Part shown: positions 21,866 through 32,486 of the stretch, in pieces
Layout: every line of letters begins with the position of its first letter
Numbering within the stretch: position 1 is the stretch's first letter
Assembly: GCA_016708565.1 (NCBI GenBank)
Contig: JADJFN010000001.1
Location: forward strand, 412,863-476,862
DNA: 64,000 bases
Source of the DNA: Myxococcales bacterium
GTDB taxonomy: Bacteria; Myxococcota_A; Polyangia; Haliangiales; Haliangiaceae
Direction of reading: 5' to 3'
Program-made: the position numbers and the translations under genes
Notes under the pieces: model-generated
The model's input: only the letters and a program-made list of their open reading frames with translations
Told to the model about the DNA's origin: nothing
Database searches by the model: none

Positions 21866-21888
21866 AGGGGCTTTGCGAAAGCCTCTCT
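21866..21888. terminator. Hairpin gaggggcttt-gcg-aaagcctctc between convergent L,D-transpeptidase and crp genes
   Basis: 10-bp stem (one G-U pair), 3-nt loop, abuts the Crp stop. No U-tract. Confidence 0.5.
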
Positions 21889-22578
21889 CTAGAACAGCGC
21901 GCGCAGCGCCGTCAGGTCCGACAGGATCACCTTGCGGCCATCGGTGACGATCAGCCGGCGCCGCTTGAACTGCGACAGCGTCAGCGACACGGTCTCGCGG
22001 GTCGAGCCGATCAGGTTGGCCAGCTCCTGGTGGGTGATCTTCATCGCCACCAGCTTGCCGCGGACGTCGTCGACGCCGTACTCGTCGGCCAGCTTGATCA
22101 GCTGCTCGGCCAGCTTGGCCGACACGTCGCGGAACACCAGCGCCTCGAGCTTGTTCTCGAGATCGTGACGGCGGGCGATGACCGCGCGTGCCACCGCGAT
22201 GGCGAGCGGCGCGCTGGTCGTGAGGATGCGCTCGAAGTCGCCCTTGTCGACCTCGGCCAAGAGCGCGTTCTCGACGGCCTCGGCCATCTCGGTGCGCGCG
22301 GCGATGCCGACCAGGCAGGTCTCGCCGAACATGTCGCCGGGCCCGCAGTAGCCGAGCGTCAGCGACTTGCCGTCGCGCGTCACCTTGCAGATCTTCAAGC
22401 GCCCGCCGCACACGAAGTACAGCGAGCGGCTGGGGTCACCTGGCAGATACACCACGTCCCGCCGCCGGACCTCCCGCAGCTCGACCTTCTCGGACAGCCG
22501 CGCCAGCACGTCGGGACCGGCCTCGGCCAGGACCGCTACCTTCTTCAGGTACCAAAGCGTCCGCTTGGGGTCGGTCAC
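21889..22578 (-). CDS. Crp/Fnr-family transcriptional regulator
   Basis: cNMP-binding beta-roll (GDMFGE) and C-terminal HTH (ITHQELANLIGSTRETVSLTL). GTG start at about 22578 overlaps the stop of the CPBP gene. Confidence 0.85.
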   Translation of the reverse strand: MTDPKRTLWYLKKVAVLAEAGPDVLARLSEKVELREVRRRDVVYLPGDPSRSLYFVCGGRLKICKVTRDGKSLTLGYCGPGDMFGETCLVGIAARTEMAEAVENALLAEVDKGDFERILTTSAPLAIAVARAVIARRHDLENKLEALVFRDVSAKLAEQLIKLADEYGVDDVRGKLVAMKITHQELANLIGSTRETVSLTLSQFKRRRLIVTDGRKVILSDLTALRALF

Positions 22579-23408
22579 GGCGTGACGGTACCAGAGTCCG
22601 AGGGATCGGTGGCAAGCGGTTGCGCGATCGTGCCGGTCCAGGCCAGCGCGCCGCCGGCGAGCGTCAGCGCCGCGGCCGCCGCGACCGCGAGGCCCGCGTG
22701 GTGATCGATCGCCGCGGCGATCGCCGGCAGCGCGCCGGCGCCGATCAGCGCGACGATCAGGTTGTTGGTCGCGTGCAGCGCCACCGCTGGCCAGATCGAG
22801 CCGCCGCGCATCGCCAGCACGCCGGCGACGCCGCCCAGGATCGCGGTCGCCACCATCCGCGCCGGCTCGAGGTGCAGGACCGCGAAGGCCAGCGTCGACA
22901 GCGCGATCGCCAGCGGGCGGCCGATCGCCGGCGCCAGGCCGCCGGCCAGGAGCCCGCGGTGGGTGAGCTCCTCGCTCACGCTCGGCACGATCACCATCGT
23001 GACGATCACCAGCGCCAGCGACGGGCGGTCGGCGAACAGCCCGGTCGACCAGGCGCGCACCGCTTGATCGCGCTGCGTCCACTCGACCACCGGCGCGGCC
23101 GCGTGCAGCGCCAGCAGCCACAGCCCCGCGCCGCACACCGCGCCGCCGACGACGGCGCGCAGGCGTGGGCGCCGCAGGCCGAGGTGCGCGGGCGCGACCT
23201 CGTGGACGCGCATGATCGCCAGCGGCACCAGCCCCAGGCCGACCACCTCGGCCGCCGCGCCGCCGACGCGATCGCCGCCGACCAGCAGCGCGGCGCCGAA
23301 CATCGTCGCCAGCGCCAGCGCGTACGCGGCGAGCGTGGTGCCGACCGACAGCGGGGCGCCGGCGCCGTGGTACAAGCGACGGGTGAAGTTCTGGGTCGGG
23401 CTCGCCAT
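22575..23408 (-). CDS. CPBP-family (CAAX-type) intramembrane glutamic protease
   Basis: Motifs EELTHRGLL (EExxxR), FAVLHL (FxxxH) and HATNN (HxxxN), with about 6 TM helices. ATG at 23408 verified in sequence. Confidence 0.8.
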   Translation of the reverse strand: MASPTQNFTRRLYHGAGAPLSVGTTLAAYALALATMFGAALLVGGDRVGGAAAEVVGLGLVPLAIMRVHEVAPAHLGLRRPRLRAVVGGAVCGAGLWLLALHAAAPVVEWTQRDQAVRAWSTGLFADRPSLALVIVTMVIVPSVSEELTHRGLLAGGLAPAIGRPLAIALSTLAFAVLHLEPARMVATAILGGVAGVLAMRGGSIWPAVALHATNNLIVALIGAGALPAIAAAIDHHAGLAVAAAAALTLAGGALAWTGTIAQPLATDPSDSGTVTP

Positions 23409-23988
23409 CGGCCTAGCGCTCGGCGCCGCCGCAATGTACCTCGGCCTGCGTCCGCCCTGGCGCACCGCGGGCGCGCCCGCGCCGGTGGCCGTCGCGCCGC
23501 CGACCGCGCCCGACGCCGGCGTGCCGGCCGCGCCGAAGAAGAAGAAGGGCAAGCGCACCAGCACGACGAGCTCGGCCGGTGGCGCGGTCGAGCGCGAGGT
23601 CGACGACGACGTCGTCTTGACCGACGCCGATCGCAAGGTCGAGTGGCGGGGCGACGCGGTGGCGGCGCCACCGCGCACCCTCGACATGGGCGCGGGCGAC
23701 GACGCCCGGCCGCTCGATGACGGCGAGATCTCCAGCGGCGTCGCGGGCGGATCTCCAGCGGTGGTCGACTGCATCAAGGACGCGGCCGGCGCGGCGCCGC
23801 TGTCGGGGCAGGTGACGCTGCAGATGCTGGTCGGCGCCGACGGCAAGGTCACCAAGACCCGCGTCCGCGCGGCGGTCTACCTCCATGAGCATGGGCTGAC
23901 CGCGTGCGCGCGGCGCGCGGCCCGCGGCTTCGACTTCCCCGCGACCGGCGCGCCGACCGTCGTCACCGCCCCGTTCTTCCTGAACTGA
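23377..23988 (+). CDS. TonB-C-like (AgmX/PglI-type C-terminal domain) single-pass membrane protein
   Basis: TM helix FWVGLAIGLALGAAAMYLGL, a Lys-rich segment, then a C-terminal domain with a TonB-C-like pattern and two Cys (VDCIKD...LTACARRAARGFDFP...FFLN). Start uncertain: GTG 23377 overlaps the divergent CPBP start by about 30 nt, ATG 23434 is the alternative. Confidence 0.65.
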   Translation, partial: RRVKFWVGLAIGLALGAAAMYLGLRPPWRTAGAPAPVAVAPPTAPDAGVPAAPKKKKGKRTSTTSSAGGAVEREVDDDVVLTDADRKVEWRGDAVAAPPRTLDMGAGDDARPLDDGEISSGVAGGSPAVVDCIKDAAGAAPLSGQVTLQMLVGADGKVTKTRVRAAVYLHEHGLTACARRAARGFDFPATGAPTVVTAPFFLN

Positions 23989-24017
23989 ATTCCGACGAGG
24001 GGTGCCCGCTGCACGCG

Positions 24018-26048
24018 TCAGGGCGTGCCGGCGCCGTTGGCCCAGTCGGGCGTCGGGCCGGTGCTGCCGCTGCCGGGCGACGCGGTGCCCGATCCCGAGC
24101 CGGTCGGCGGCTTGGCCGAGCCCGATCCGGAACCCGATCCCGAGCCGGTCGGCGGCTTGGCCGAGCCCGATCCGGAACCCGATCCCGAGCCGGTCGGCGG
24201 CTTGGCCGAGCCCGAACCCGAGGCGGATCCGGAACCAGAGCCGGAGTCGGAACCGGATCCGGAGCCGCCGGCGGCGGAGCCGGAACCGGAACCGGAGCCA
24301 GCGGCGGAGCCGGAGTCGGACCCTGATCCCGAGCCGGCACCGGCGTCGGAGCCCGAGCCGCTGCCGGTCGCGCTGCCGCTGCCGGTGCCCGTCTTGGCGA
24401 GATCCATCGTGGCGTCGGTGGTCGCGGCGAGTTGATCGCCCTCGGCGGCGAACTGGTCCGGCTTGATGACCGTGCTCCACGGCTGGTAGCCGCGCTTGCG
24501 CAGGTAGACCCGCACGCCGCCGGCCTTGGCCGCCTGGGCCTTGGTCAGCGTCACGTCGGCCGGCGTCACCTTGCCGGTCTCGGCACCGTCGACCGCGATC
24601 GTCGCGCCGGCCGGCGTCGACGTCACGTGGATCATCCGCGGCAGCCCCTCGAGCTTCGCGGTCGCGGTCTTGTCGCCGCCGTTGACCTTGAGCTCGGCGT
24701 CCTGGAAGCCCGGGGCGCTCACCTTGATCGTGAACGGCTTGCCGACCTCGAGGTCGACGGTGAACGGCGCCGGCCCACTGGCGCCGGTCTCGACGACGGT
24801 CACGGTGGCCCCAGCGACGGCGGCCTTGACCACCAGCGGCGCGGTGACCGCCGGGGCGGCGGCCGCGTCGATCGCGACCTCGGCGGTGACGGCAGCGTCG
24901 GGGGCCAACGGGGCCATCGCGTCGATCGCGGCGACCGCGACCTGGGTGCCGGTGGCGGTGCCCGAGGCGGTCGGCGGCGTCGGCGCCTCGTTCTTCTTCT
25001 CGGCCTTGCCGCGCAGCACGAAGAACCACACGGCGGCGGCCACCAGCGCGGCCGCGAGCAGGCCGATGATCACGGCCGAGGCGCCCTTGCTGGACGTCCC
25101 GGGGATCGCGGTCGGCTCGGCGGGCGCGGCCGTCGCGGTGGCGGCGGGGCGGGCGGCGGCGGTCTTGGCGGCGGCCGCGGTCTTGGCGGCGGCGATCGCC
25201 GGCTCATCGACGAGGCGCGGGGCCGGGCTCGGCGCGGGGGCCGGCGCTGGCGTGGGCGCGGGCGGCGCCTCGGGCACCGGCACCGCGCGCACCACCGGCG
25301 CGGTGGTGTCCGCCGGCGACGGCTCCGCCGGCGGGGGCGGGGTGGGCGCGGCGAGCTTCTTCTCCGACGCGCGCGCGGCCTTGGCCTCGGCGCGGGCCTC
25401 GGCGGCCGCCTCGCCGGCGGCGGTGGCGGCGACCAGGTCGTCGAGCGCGCGCACCTTGGTCGCTTCCTCGAAGGTCTCCTCGGGGAACTCGTCGGCGTCG
25501 CTGTGGAACGGCATCGGCCGCGGCAGCGGCGTGGTGTCGGTGCGCTCGTCGGCGAACCCCGACTTCGACGGCGCCATCTGGCCCAGCTTGGGCTTGGCGA
25601 CCTCGGCGGCCGCGGCGGCCAGGGGAGACGGCGCGACCCGCGTCGGCGCGTCCATGAAGTTCTTGTTGGGCGGCGGCTCGGTGTTGCCCGACGACGTCGA
25701 TGGCTGCTTGGCCTTCTCGGCGAGGATGCGATCGAGGATCGGCTGGCTGCCGTCGCCCAGCCGGTCGAAGCGCACGCCCATGCCGGGCGCGGCGTTGGGG
25801 CGGGCCGGATCGTTCTCGCGGGTCCAGACGACGGTGCCGTCGCCGGTGATCAGCGGCGTCGCGTCGCGGAGCTGGAACTCGAACCGCATCTGGGTGCCGA
25901 CGGCCAGCGGCTCCTTGGTCCGGATGAAGATGCCGCCGGGGCTCACGTCGGCGGCGTAGCGCTCGATGAACTGATCCAGGGTCGCGCTCTTGAACTTGAT
26001 CTTGAGCGTGACCGGCGCGCGCTTGGCTTGACGGGTGTTGGGATCCAC
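24018..26048 (-). CDS. PilZ (c-di-GMP-binding) domain protein with disordered linker, TM helix, periplasmic PEGA-like domains and Gly/Ser-rich tandem-repeat tail
   Basis: N-terminus RQAKR (RxxxR) and DVSPGGIF (DxSxGG) are canonical PilZ motifs. About 200 aa Ala/Pro/Glu-rich linker, [27 protein letters not shown]-like segments ([21 protein letters not shown]), then a C-terminal (GS)n-AKPPTG x3 tail. Confidence 0.85.
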   Translation of the reverse strand: MDPNTRQAKRAPVTLKIKFKSATLDQFIERYAADVSPGGIFIRTKEPLAVGTQMRFEFQLRDATPLITGDGTVVWTRENDPARPNAAPGMGVRFDRLGDGSQPILDRILAEKAKQPSTSSGNTEPPPNKNFMDAPTRVAPSPLAAAAAEVAKPKLGQMAPSKSGFADERTDTTPLPRPMPFHSDADEFPEETFEEATKVRALDDLVAATAAGEAAAEARAEAKAARASEKKLAAPTPPPPAEPSPADTTAPVVRAVPVPEAPPAPTPAPAPAPSPAPRLVDEPAIAAAKTAAAAKTAAARPAATATAAPAEPTAIPGTSSKGASAVIIGLLAAALVAAAVWFFVLRGKAEKKNEAPTPPTASGTATGTQVAVAAIDAMAPLAPDAAVTAEVAIDAAAAPAVTAPLVVKAAVAGATVTVVETGASGPAPFTVDLEVGKPFTIKVSAPGFQDAELKVNGGDKTATAKLEGLPRMIHVTSTPAGATIAVDGAETGKVTPADVTLTKAQAAKAGGVRVYLRKRGYQPWSTVIKPDQFAAEGDQLAATTDATMDLAKTGTGSGSATGSGSGSDAGAGSGSGSDSGSAAGSGSGSGSAAGGSGSGSDSGSGSGSASGSGSAKPPTGSGSGSGSGSAKPPTGSGSGSGSGSAKPPTGSGSGTASPGSGSTGPTPDWANGAGTP
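24091..24225. repeat. Tandem 45-bp direct repeat x3 inside the PilZ-PEGA gene (encodes [15 protein letters not shown] units)
   Basis: Unit gatcccgagccggtcggcggcttggccgagcccgatccggaaccc is repeated perfectly twice with a third diverged copy. Confidence 0.8.
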
Positions 26049-26140
26049 CAGGGTTCTCCAGAAGTCGACGGCTGTGGGTCGAACGACGATTCCCGCCGTC
26101 GGTCGAAACGCAACGCGCCGAGATGTTTCATCTTAGGAGC

Positions 26141-27883
26141 ATGACCCGCGTGATTGCAACGCGCTCGGCCGCCGAGCGCACCACGACTCGCGTCGCCCAC
26201 CCGAGCCCACACGCCGCCGCCTCGCTGGCCTTCGCCGTCGGGCTGGTCGGCGCCGCCGCCACCGCGCGCGCCCAGGGCGCGGTCGCCGCCGACGATCCCC
26301 GCGCCACCGCGGTGGGCGCCGCGGTGCTGGCCGACGGCGGCACCGCCGCCGACGCCGCGGTCGCCACCGCCCTGGCGCTGGGCGTGGTGAACCCGGCCTC
26401 GTCCGGGATCGGCGGCGGCGGGTTCGCGATCGTCTACGACGCCGCCACTGGCCAGACCTACGCCTTCGACTTCCGCGAGGTGGCGCCGGCCGCGCTCGAC
26501 CCTGGCGACTTCGTCGTCGATGGCGCGGTCGATCCCATGCGCGCGCGGCGCGGCGGGCTGGCGGTCGGTGTGCCGGGCGAGGTCGCCGGCCTGACGCTCC
26601 TGACCGAGCGGTTCGGGCGCCTGAGCTGGCGCCGGCTGGTGGCGCCGGCGATGCGGCTGGCCCGCGAGGGCTCGCCGACCTCGGCCTTCATGAGCCAGGC
26701 CGCGGCCCGCGTGGTGCCGACCCTGCCCGACGAGCCCGCGTTCGCGCCGCTGCGCGCGCTGCTCACCGTCGACGGCGCGCCGCGCCCGGTCGGCGCGCCG
26801 CTCGTGCGGCCGGCGCTGGCCGCGACCCTGGGCGCGCTGAGCCGCGACCGCCGCGCGCTGGCCACCGGACCGATCGCCGACGATCTGGTCGCCACCGCGG
26901 CCGCCGCCGGCGGGGTGATCACCACCGCCGATCTGGCCGCCTATCAGGTGGCCGAGCGCGCGCCGCTCGACGGGCGCTGGCGCGGCCACCGCCTGGCGAC
27001 CATGCCGATCCCGTCGTCGGGTGGCGTCGTGCTGCTCGAGGCGCTGGCCATCATCGACGGCGCCGGCGTCGATCTGGCGACGCTGGGCGCCAGCTCACCA
27101 GCGGCGCTGCACGTGATCGTCGAGGCGCTCAAGCACGGCTTCGCCGATCGCGCGCGCGCGCTGGGCGACACCGACGCCGGGCGGGCCGCGGCGCGGGCGA
27201 TGCTCGCGCCGGCGCGGCTCGCAGCGTTGGCCCGCGCCGTCGATCGCGATCGCACGCTGCCCAGCGCGCGCTACGGCGAGCCGGCGCCGGTGGTGACGCC
27301 AAGGCCGGGCGGCACCAGCCACGTCTGCGTCGTCGATCGCGACGGCAACGCGGTCGCGCTCACCACCACCGTCAACGGCTACTACGGCGCCAAGCTGGTG
27401 ACCCCGACCGGCCTCGTGCTCAACAACCAGATCGACGACTTCGCCGTGGCGGTCGACGCCAGCAACATGTACGGGCTGCGCCAGGGCGCCGAGAACCTGG
27501 TCGGCCCCGGCAAGCGGCCGCTGTCGTCGATGACCCCGGTGCTGGTGATCGACGGCGACCGCGTGGTCGGCTGTGTCGGCGGCTCGGGCGGGCCGCGCAT
27601 CATCTCCAACACGCTGCAGGTGCTGCTCGATCTGTTCGTGTTCGGGCTCGACCCGGCGACCGCGGTGGCGGCGCCACGGATCCACCACCAGTGGCAGCCC
27701 GACGTGCTGGTCGTCGAGCCCGAGTTGCCGGCGGCGACCCGCGCGGCGCTGGCGGCGCGCGGCCACCAGGTCGAGGTGGCCGACGACATCACCGCGGTGC
27801 AGGCGATCCGGGTCGGCCCGGCCGGCGCGGTCGGCGCCAGCGACCCGCGCAAGAACGGCGCGCGCGCGGCCGCGGCGCGCTAG
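26141..27883 (+). CDS. ggt: Gamma-glutamyltransferase
   Basis: GGT family throughout. Catalytic Thr context GGTSHVCVVDRDGNAVALTTTVN and GGSGGPRII. ATG at 26141 is preceded by AGGAG. Confidence 0.9.
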   Translation: MTRVIATRSAAERTTTRVAHPSPHAAASLAFAVGLVGAAATARAQGAVAADDPRATAVGAAVLADGGTAADAAVATALALGVVNPASSGIGGGGFAIVYDAATGQTYAFDFREVAPAALDPGDFVVDGAVDPMRARRGGLAVGVPGEVAGLTLLTERFGRLSWRRLVAPAMRLAREGSPTSAFMSQAAARVVPTLPDEPAFAPLRALLTVDGAPRPVGAPLVRPALAATLGALSRDRRALATGPIADDLVATAAAAGGVITTADLAAYQVAERAPLDGRWRGHRLATMPIPSSGGVVLLEALAIIDGAGVDLATLGASSPAALHVIVEALKHGFADRARALGDTDAGRAAARAMLAPARLAALARAVDRDRTLPSARYGEPAPVVTPRPGGTSHVCVVDRDGNAVALTTTVNGYYGAKLVTPTGLVLNNQIDDFAVAVDASNMYGLRQGAENLVGPGKRPLSSMTPVLVIDGDRVVGCVGGSGGPRIISNTLQVLLDLFVFGLDPATAVAAPRIHHQWQPDVLVVEPELPAATRAALAARGHQVEVADDITAVQAIRVGPAGAVGASDPRKNGARAAAAR

Positions 27884-27892
27884 ATTCACGGC

Positions 27893-28411
27893 ATGTCGCC
27901 TCGCTGGATCACCGCGGCCTGGTGTGGGCTGGCGGCCGCGCTGCTGATCGCCGCAGCGTTGTCGTCGCGCTGGCTGGTCGCGGACGTCGCTGGTCTGGGC
28001 GCCTCGGTGTCCGCGCGCATCGGGCTCACCAGCGTCAAGGTGTGCGCGTCGACCTTGGGCGACGCGCAGTGCCAGGAGGTGGCGTGGTCGCAGCTGCCCG
28101 GCCAGGTCGAGGGCAGCGGCTGGATGTGGATCGGCCGCGCCACCTTCGCGCTGTGCCTGATCGCCGCGCTCGGCTTGATCGCGCTGGGCGGCATGGCGGT
28201 CGCCGAGCTCGAGGTCCAGCTGCCGATCCCGGCCCCGCGGCTGGTGCTGTGGCCATGTCTGGCGCTCTTGCCGTTCATCGGCGCGTACTACCTGTTCCCG
28301 CCGCGCGCGTTCAGCGAGCTGGCCGCCGGGCGCGGCTTCGCGTTCGGCGTCGTCGGCGGTCTGCTCGGTGCATTCGCGGCGTGGCGCCAGCTCAAGGACG
28401 ACTGGCGCTAG
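27893..28411 (+). CDS. Hypothetical integral membrane protein (about 4 TM)
   Basis: High GC3, four hydrophobic helices, starts 9 nt after the ggt stop. Confidence 0.6.
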   Translation: MSPRWITAAWCGLAAALLIAAALSSRWLVADVAGLGASVSARIGLTSVKVCASTLGDAQCQEVAWSQLPGQVEGSGWMWIGRATFALCLIAALGLIALGGMAVAELEVQLPIPAPRLVLWPCLALLPFIGAYYLFPPRAFSELAAGRGFAFGVVGGLLGAFAAWRQLKDDWR

Positions 28412-29751
28412 CGGCGCCCCGCCTTCGCGGATCCCCGCATTCTGCTTGCCGGTGGGGCCTTGGCTCGGCGGCGCCGGCGTGCGGTCGGCGGCGCCTCGAC
28501 CTGGCCGCCCACCTGAGCCGGAGCCACCGCGACCTCACCTCCCGCAGGGGACGGCGCCACCGCGGCTTCGCCGCCCGCAGGACGCGGCGGCCCCGCTTTC
28601 CCGTCTCCCACGTGGGACGGCGGCGCCCCATACGGTCGCCCGTCGGCGTGCGTGACCCGCAGCTTGCCAGGTGCGGTGCCGACGATCCGCAGCCGGCCAT
28701 CATGCGCGGCCTTGTGATGCGCCGAGCACAGCACCGCCAGCTTGGTCGGCGTGTGATCGCCGCCCGCCACCCGCGGGACGATGTGGTGCACGTCGACGTA
28801 CCGCGCGTTGCGGCACCCCGGCACCACGCACCGCCCGCGATCCCGCCGCAGCACCGCACGCCGGGTCCGCGGCGGGATCGTCTTGGTCACCCGCGCGGGC
28901 TTGTCGCCGTCGACCCGCCCCAGCAGCTCGGCGTCGCACGACGCCTGCGCCAGCTCCGTCTCGCTGATCTCGATCGTGTGCCCAGCGACGTCCTGCCACG
29001 CGCGCATGCAGTCGGGGCACCGCGTGATCGCGATCTGATACATGGGCCTGGACGCCGCCGCGGCGTCTCCCTCGTGCGACGCCGCCGCGGCATCTCCCAC
29101 GTGGGAGCCGGCGCCCGCCAGCTGCCCATCGCACAACGTCGCGATGAGGTCGCCGTCGGTCAGCGGGTGCCCGCACGCCGCCTCCAGCGCGCGCCGTGCT
29201 GCGGTGAACTTGCCCAGCACCGCCGCGGGCAGCAGCAGCCGCAGCTCGTGCAGCCGCGCGGCGGGATCCGGCGGATCGTCCGGCGAGTCGCCCCGCCGGC
29301 GCCCGCTCACCATGTCCTCGATCTCCCGCACGGTGTGCTTGGCCGCCGCGGTCAGCCACGCCGCCTCGGTGTCGACGGTGGCGACCCGGGTCAGCTCGCG
29401 CGCCGCGCTGTACGCGACGTCGCCCGCGCTCATCGCCGCGCGCAGCTTCGGCAACGCCGCGAGCGCGTCGGCCACCCGCAAGCGCTCGCGCGCCGGTCCC
29501 GGCGCGTAGCCCAGCACGCGCTCGACGTACTCGAAGAACGTCGCGAAGCCCAGCTCGCGATGGACGCCGAGCGCCCGCGCGCGCCGCAGCCACGCGGCCT
29601 CCTCGACGTCGAGCGCCGCCCGCCGCCGCGCCAGCCCGCGCAACATCCGATCGACGTCGCGCCAGTCGTCCACGCCGGCCGCCGCGCCCGCCGCGCCCGC
29701 CGCCGCCGCCACCTCGCCCACCTTCTGTTCGCCCGCTGCCCCGTCCACCAT
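28408..29751 (-). CDS. HNH endonuclease domain protein with N-terminal DUF222-like region and SHVGD-type internal repeats
   Basis: HNH motif CVVPGCRNARYVDVHHIVPRVAGGDHTPTKLAVLCSAHHKAAHDG. N-terminal region resembles DUF222 (13E12-repeat family). Repeats SHVGDAAAASHEGDAAAAS ... PPSHVGDGKAG. ATG at 29751. Confidence 0.8.
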   Translation of the reverse strand: MVDGAAGEQKVGEVAAAAGAAGAAAGVDDWRDVDRMLRGLARRRAALDVEEAAWLRRARALGVHRELGFATFFEYVERVLGYAPGPARERLRVADALAALPKLRAAMSAGDVAYSAARELTRVATVDTEAAWLTAAAKHTVREIEDMVSGRRRGDSPDDPPDPAARLHELRLLLPAAVLGKFTAARRALEAACGHPLTDGDLIATLCDGQLAGAGSHVGDAAAASHEGDAAAASRPMYQIAITRCPDCMRAWQDVAGHTIEISETELAQASCDAELLGRVDGDKPARVTKTIPPRTRRAVLRRDRGRCVVPGCRNARYVDVHHIVPRVAGGDHTPTKLAVLCSAHHKAAHDGRLRIVGTAPGKLRVTHADGRPYGAPPSHVGDGKAGPPRPAGGEAAVAPSPAGGEVAVAPAQVGGQVEAPPTARRRRRAKAPPASRMRGSAKAGRR

Positions 29752-29809
29752 ACCCAGCCCCTCAGCAAGCCGCGCGCCAGCCGTAACCCTGCGACGCCTG
29801 GCGCCGCGT

Positions 29810-29881
29810 GTCCGAATCTCGGACAAAATGGCCGGATTCGTCCGGCGTTCCGGCCATCCCCGGACAGCCACGGCTGTCCGG
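29810..29881. promoter_or_regulatory. Cluster of three inverted repeats with TCCGGAC/GTCCGGA cores upstream of the HNH gene
   Basis: gtccga-atc-tcggac (29810-24), atggccgga-N12-tccggccat (29828-57) and ccggacagcc-ac-ggctgtccgg (29860-81, 10-bp perfect arms). Confidence 0.5.
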
Positions 29882-29954
29882 CGCCGGACACCGCCAGCCC
29901 GCGCACGTCGACGCAGCCCGCTCCGTGACCCGCATCGGCGCCAGCCGCGCCGCG

Positions 29955-30884
29955 CTACTTGCGCGCGACGAAGTCGATCGACGTGATCGCCAGCTGCTCG
30001 CGGGTGTACTTCGCGAACTCGGGGTGCACCTTGATCTTGTCGAGCTGCGCCAGCCGCTCGGGCTTGGCCCGCGAGGTGTCGAGCGCGATCGTGAACCCAG
30101 CGGCCTTGGCCAGGTCGGTGAAGTCGGGCGCGCGCAGCCGGTTCTGGTACAGGAACCGGTTCTGCCACTTGGCCCAGCGCGCCGACGAGTACGACAGGTA
30201 GTGCAGCTGGTTGATGGCGTCGTCGCCGTAGGCGTAGTGATCGCCGCAGTTGACGCCGTGGATCATCACGCCCCCCGCGGGCAAGAGCCGGCGCGCCTCG
30301 GCGAAGATCGCCGCGATCACCGGCCCCGGCACGTGCTCGAGCACGCTGTTGGAGAAGACGACGTCGATCGACCCGTCGGCCAGCGAGGTCGCGCTGGCGT
30401 CGGCCGGCGCGTGGTACTCGACCACGCCGTCGGTGGCGGCGGTGACGTCGGCGCCGCTGGCCAGCGCCCGCGCCACCTTGGCCAGCCGGTGCTCGACGTC
30501 GCCGGCGCCGACGCCAGCGGTCGACGCCAGCACCTCGATGTGGGCCGGGCGGGCCAGCACCTCGACGCACTGCCGGGTCAGCTCGGGCCGCAGGTAGCGG
30601 TTGAGATCGACCGTCACGATCTTCGCCGCGCCCGCCGCGTACAGCGCGAACGGGAACAGCGTGTACCAGCCGGTGCCGATCTCGAGCATCCGTGCGCCCG
30701 GCACCTTGGCGCCGCACCGCGCGAGCATGTCGACCATCACCCGCCAGTCGTCGACCTTGATCGTCATCTCGCGGGTGACGTCGCGCAAGCCGCCGGCCTT
30801 GCGCTGTAGCTGGTAGTGCAGGTCGTCGCCCCGGGGGACCACCCCGAGGACCTTCTGGATCGCGCCCTTGATGCGCCAGTGCAT
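29955..30884 (-). CDS. Class I SAM-dependent methyltransferase
   Basis: Motif I MLEIGTGWY and a Rossmann-like pattern. No DNA-methyltransferase motifs seen. Confidence 0.8.
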   Translation of the reverse strand: MHWRIKGAIQKVLGVVPRGDDLHYQLQRKAGGLRDVTREMTIKVDDWRVMVDMLARCGAKVPGARMLEIGTGWYTLFPFALYAAGAAKIVTVDLNRYLRPELTRQCVEVLARPAHIEVLASTAGVGAGDVEHRLAKVARALASGADVTAATDGVVEYHAPADASATSLADGSIDVVFSNSVLEHVPGPVIAAIFAEARRLLPAGGVMIHGVNCGDHYAYGDDAINQLHYLSYSSARWAKWQNRFLYQNRLRAPDFTDLAKAAGFTIALDTSRAKPERLAQLDKIKVHPEFAKYTREQLAITSIDFVARK

Positions 30885-30953
30885 GGGCCGCGCACCTTAC
30901 ACGAACCGCGCTCGATCTCCCACGCCGGCACCCCGGTGATACCTTCCGCGCCG

Positions 30954-32485
<1,532 letters not shown>

Positions 32486-32486
<1 letters not shown>

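Noticed and set aside
21813-21888. Considered a small ORF or sRNA in the 76-bp gap between the L,D-transpeptidase and crp genes
   Set aside because: Too short for a CDS; the gap is occupied by the family hairpin, which is better explained as a terminator or REP-like element.
23413-25029. 538-aa minus ORF and several 100-150-aa plus ORFs (23904-24466) across the PilZ-PEGA gene
   Set aside because: Generated by the GS/PE-rich repeat region reading open in several frames; the PilZ-PEGA frame is the only one with domain motifs.
30816-30953. N-terminal extension of accC from ATG 30816
   Set aside because: The extension (MQVVAPGDHPEDLL...) lacks homology context and overlaps the divergent methyltransferase start region; the conserved biotin carboxylase N-terminus begins at the ATG at 30954.
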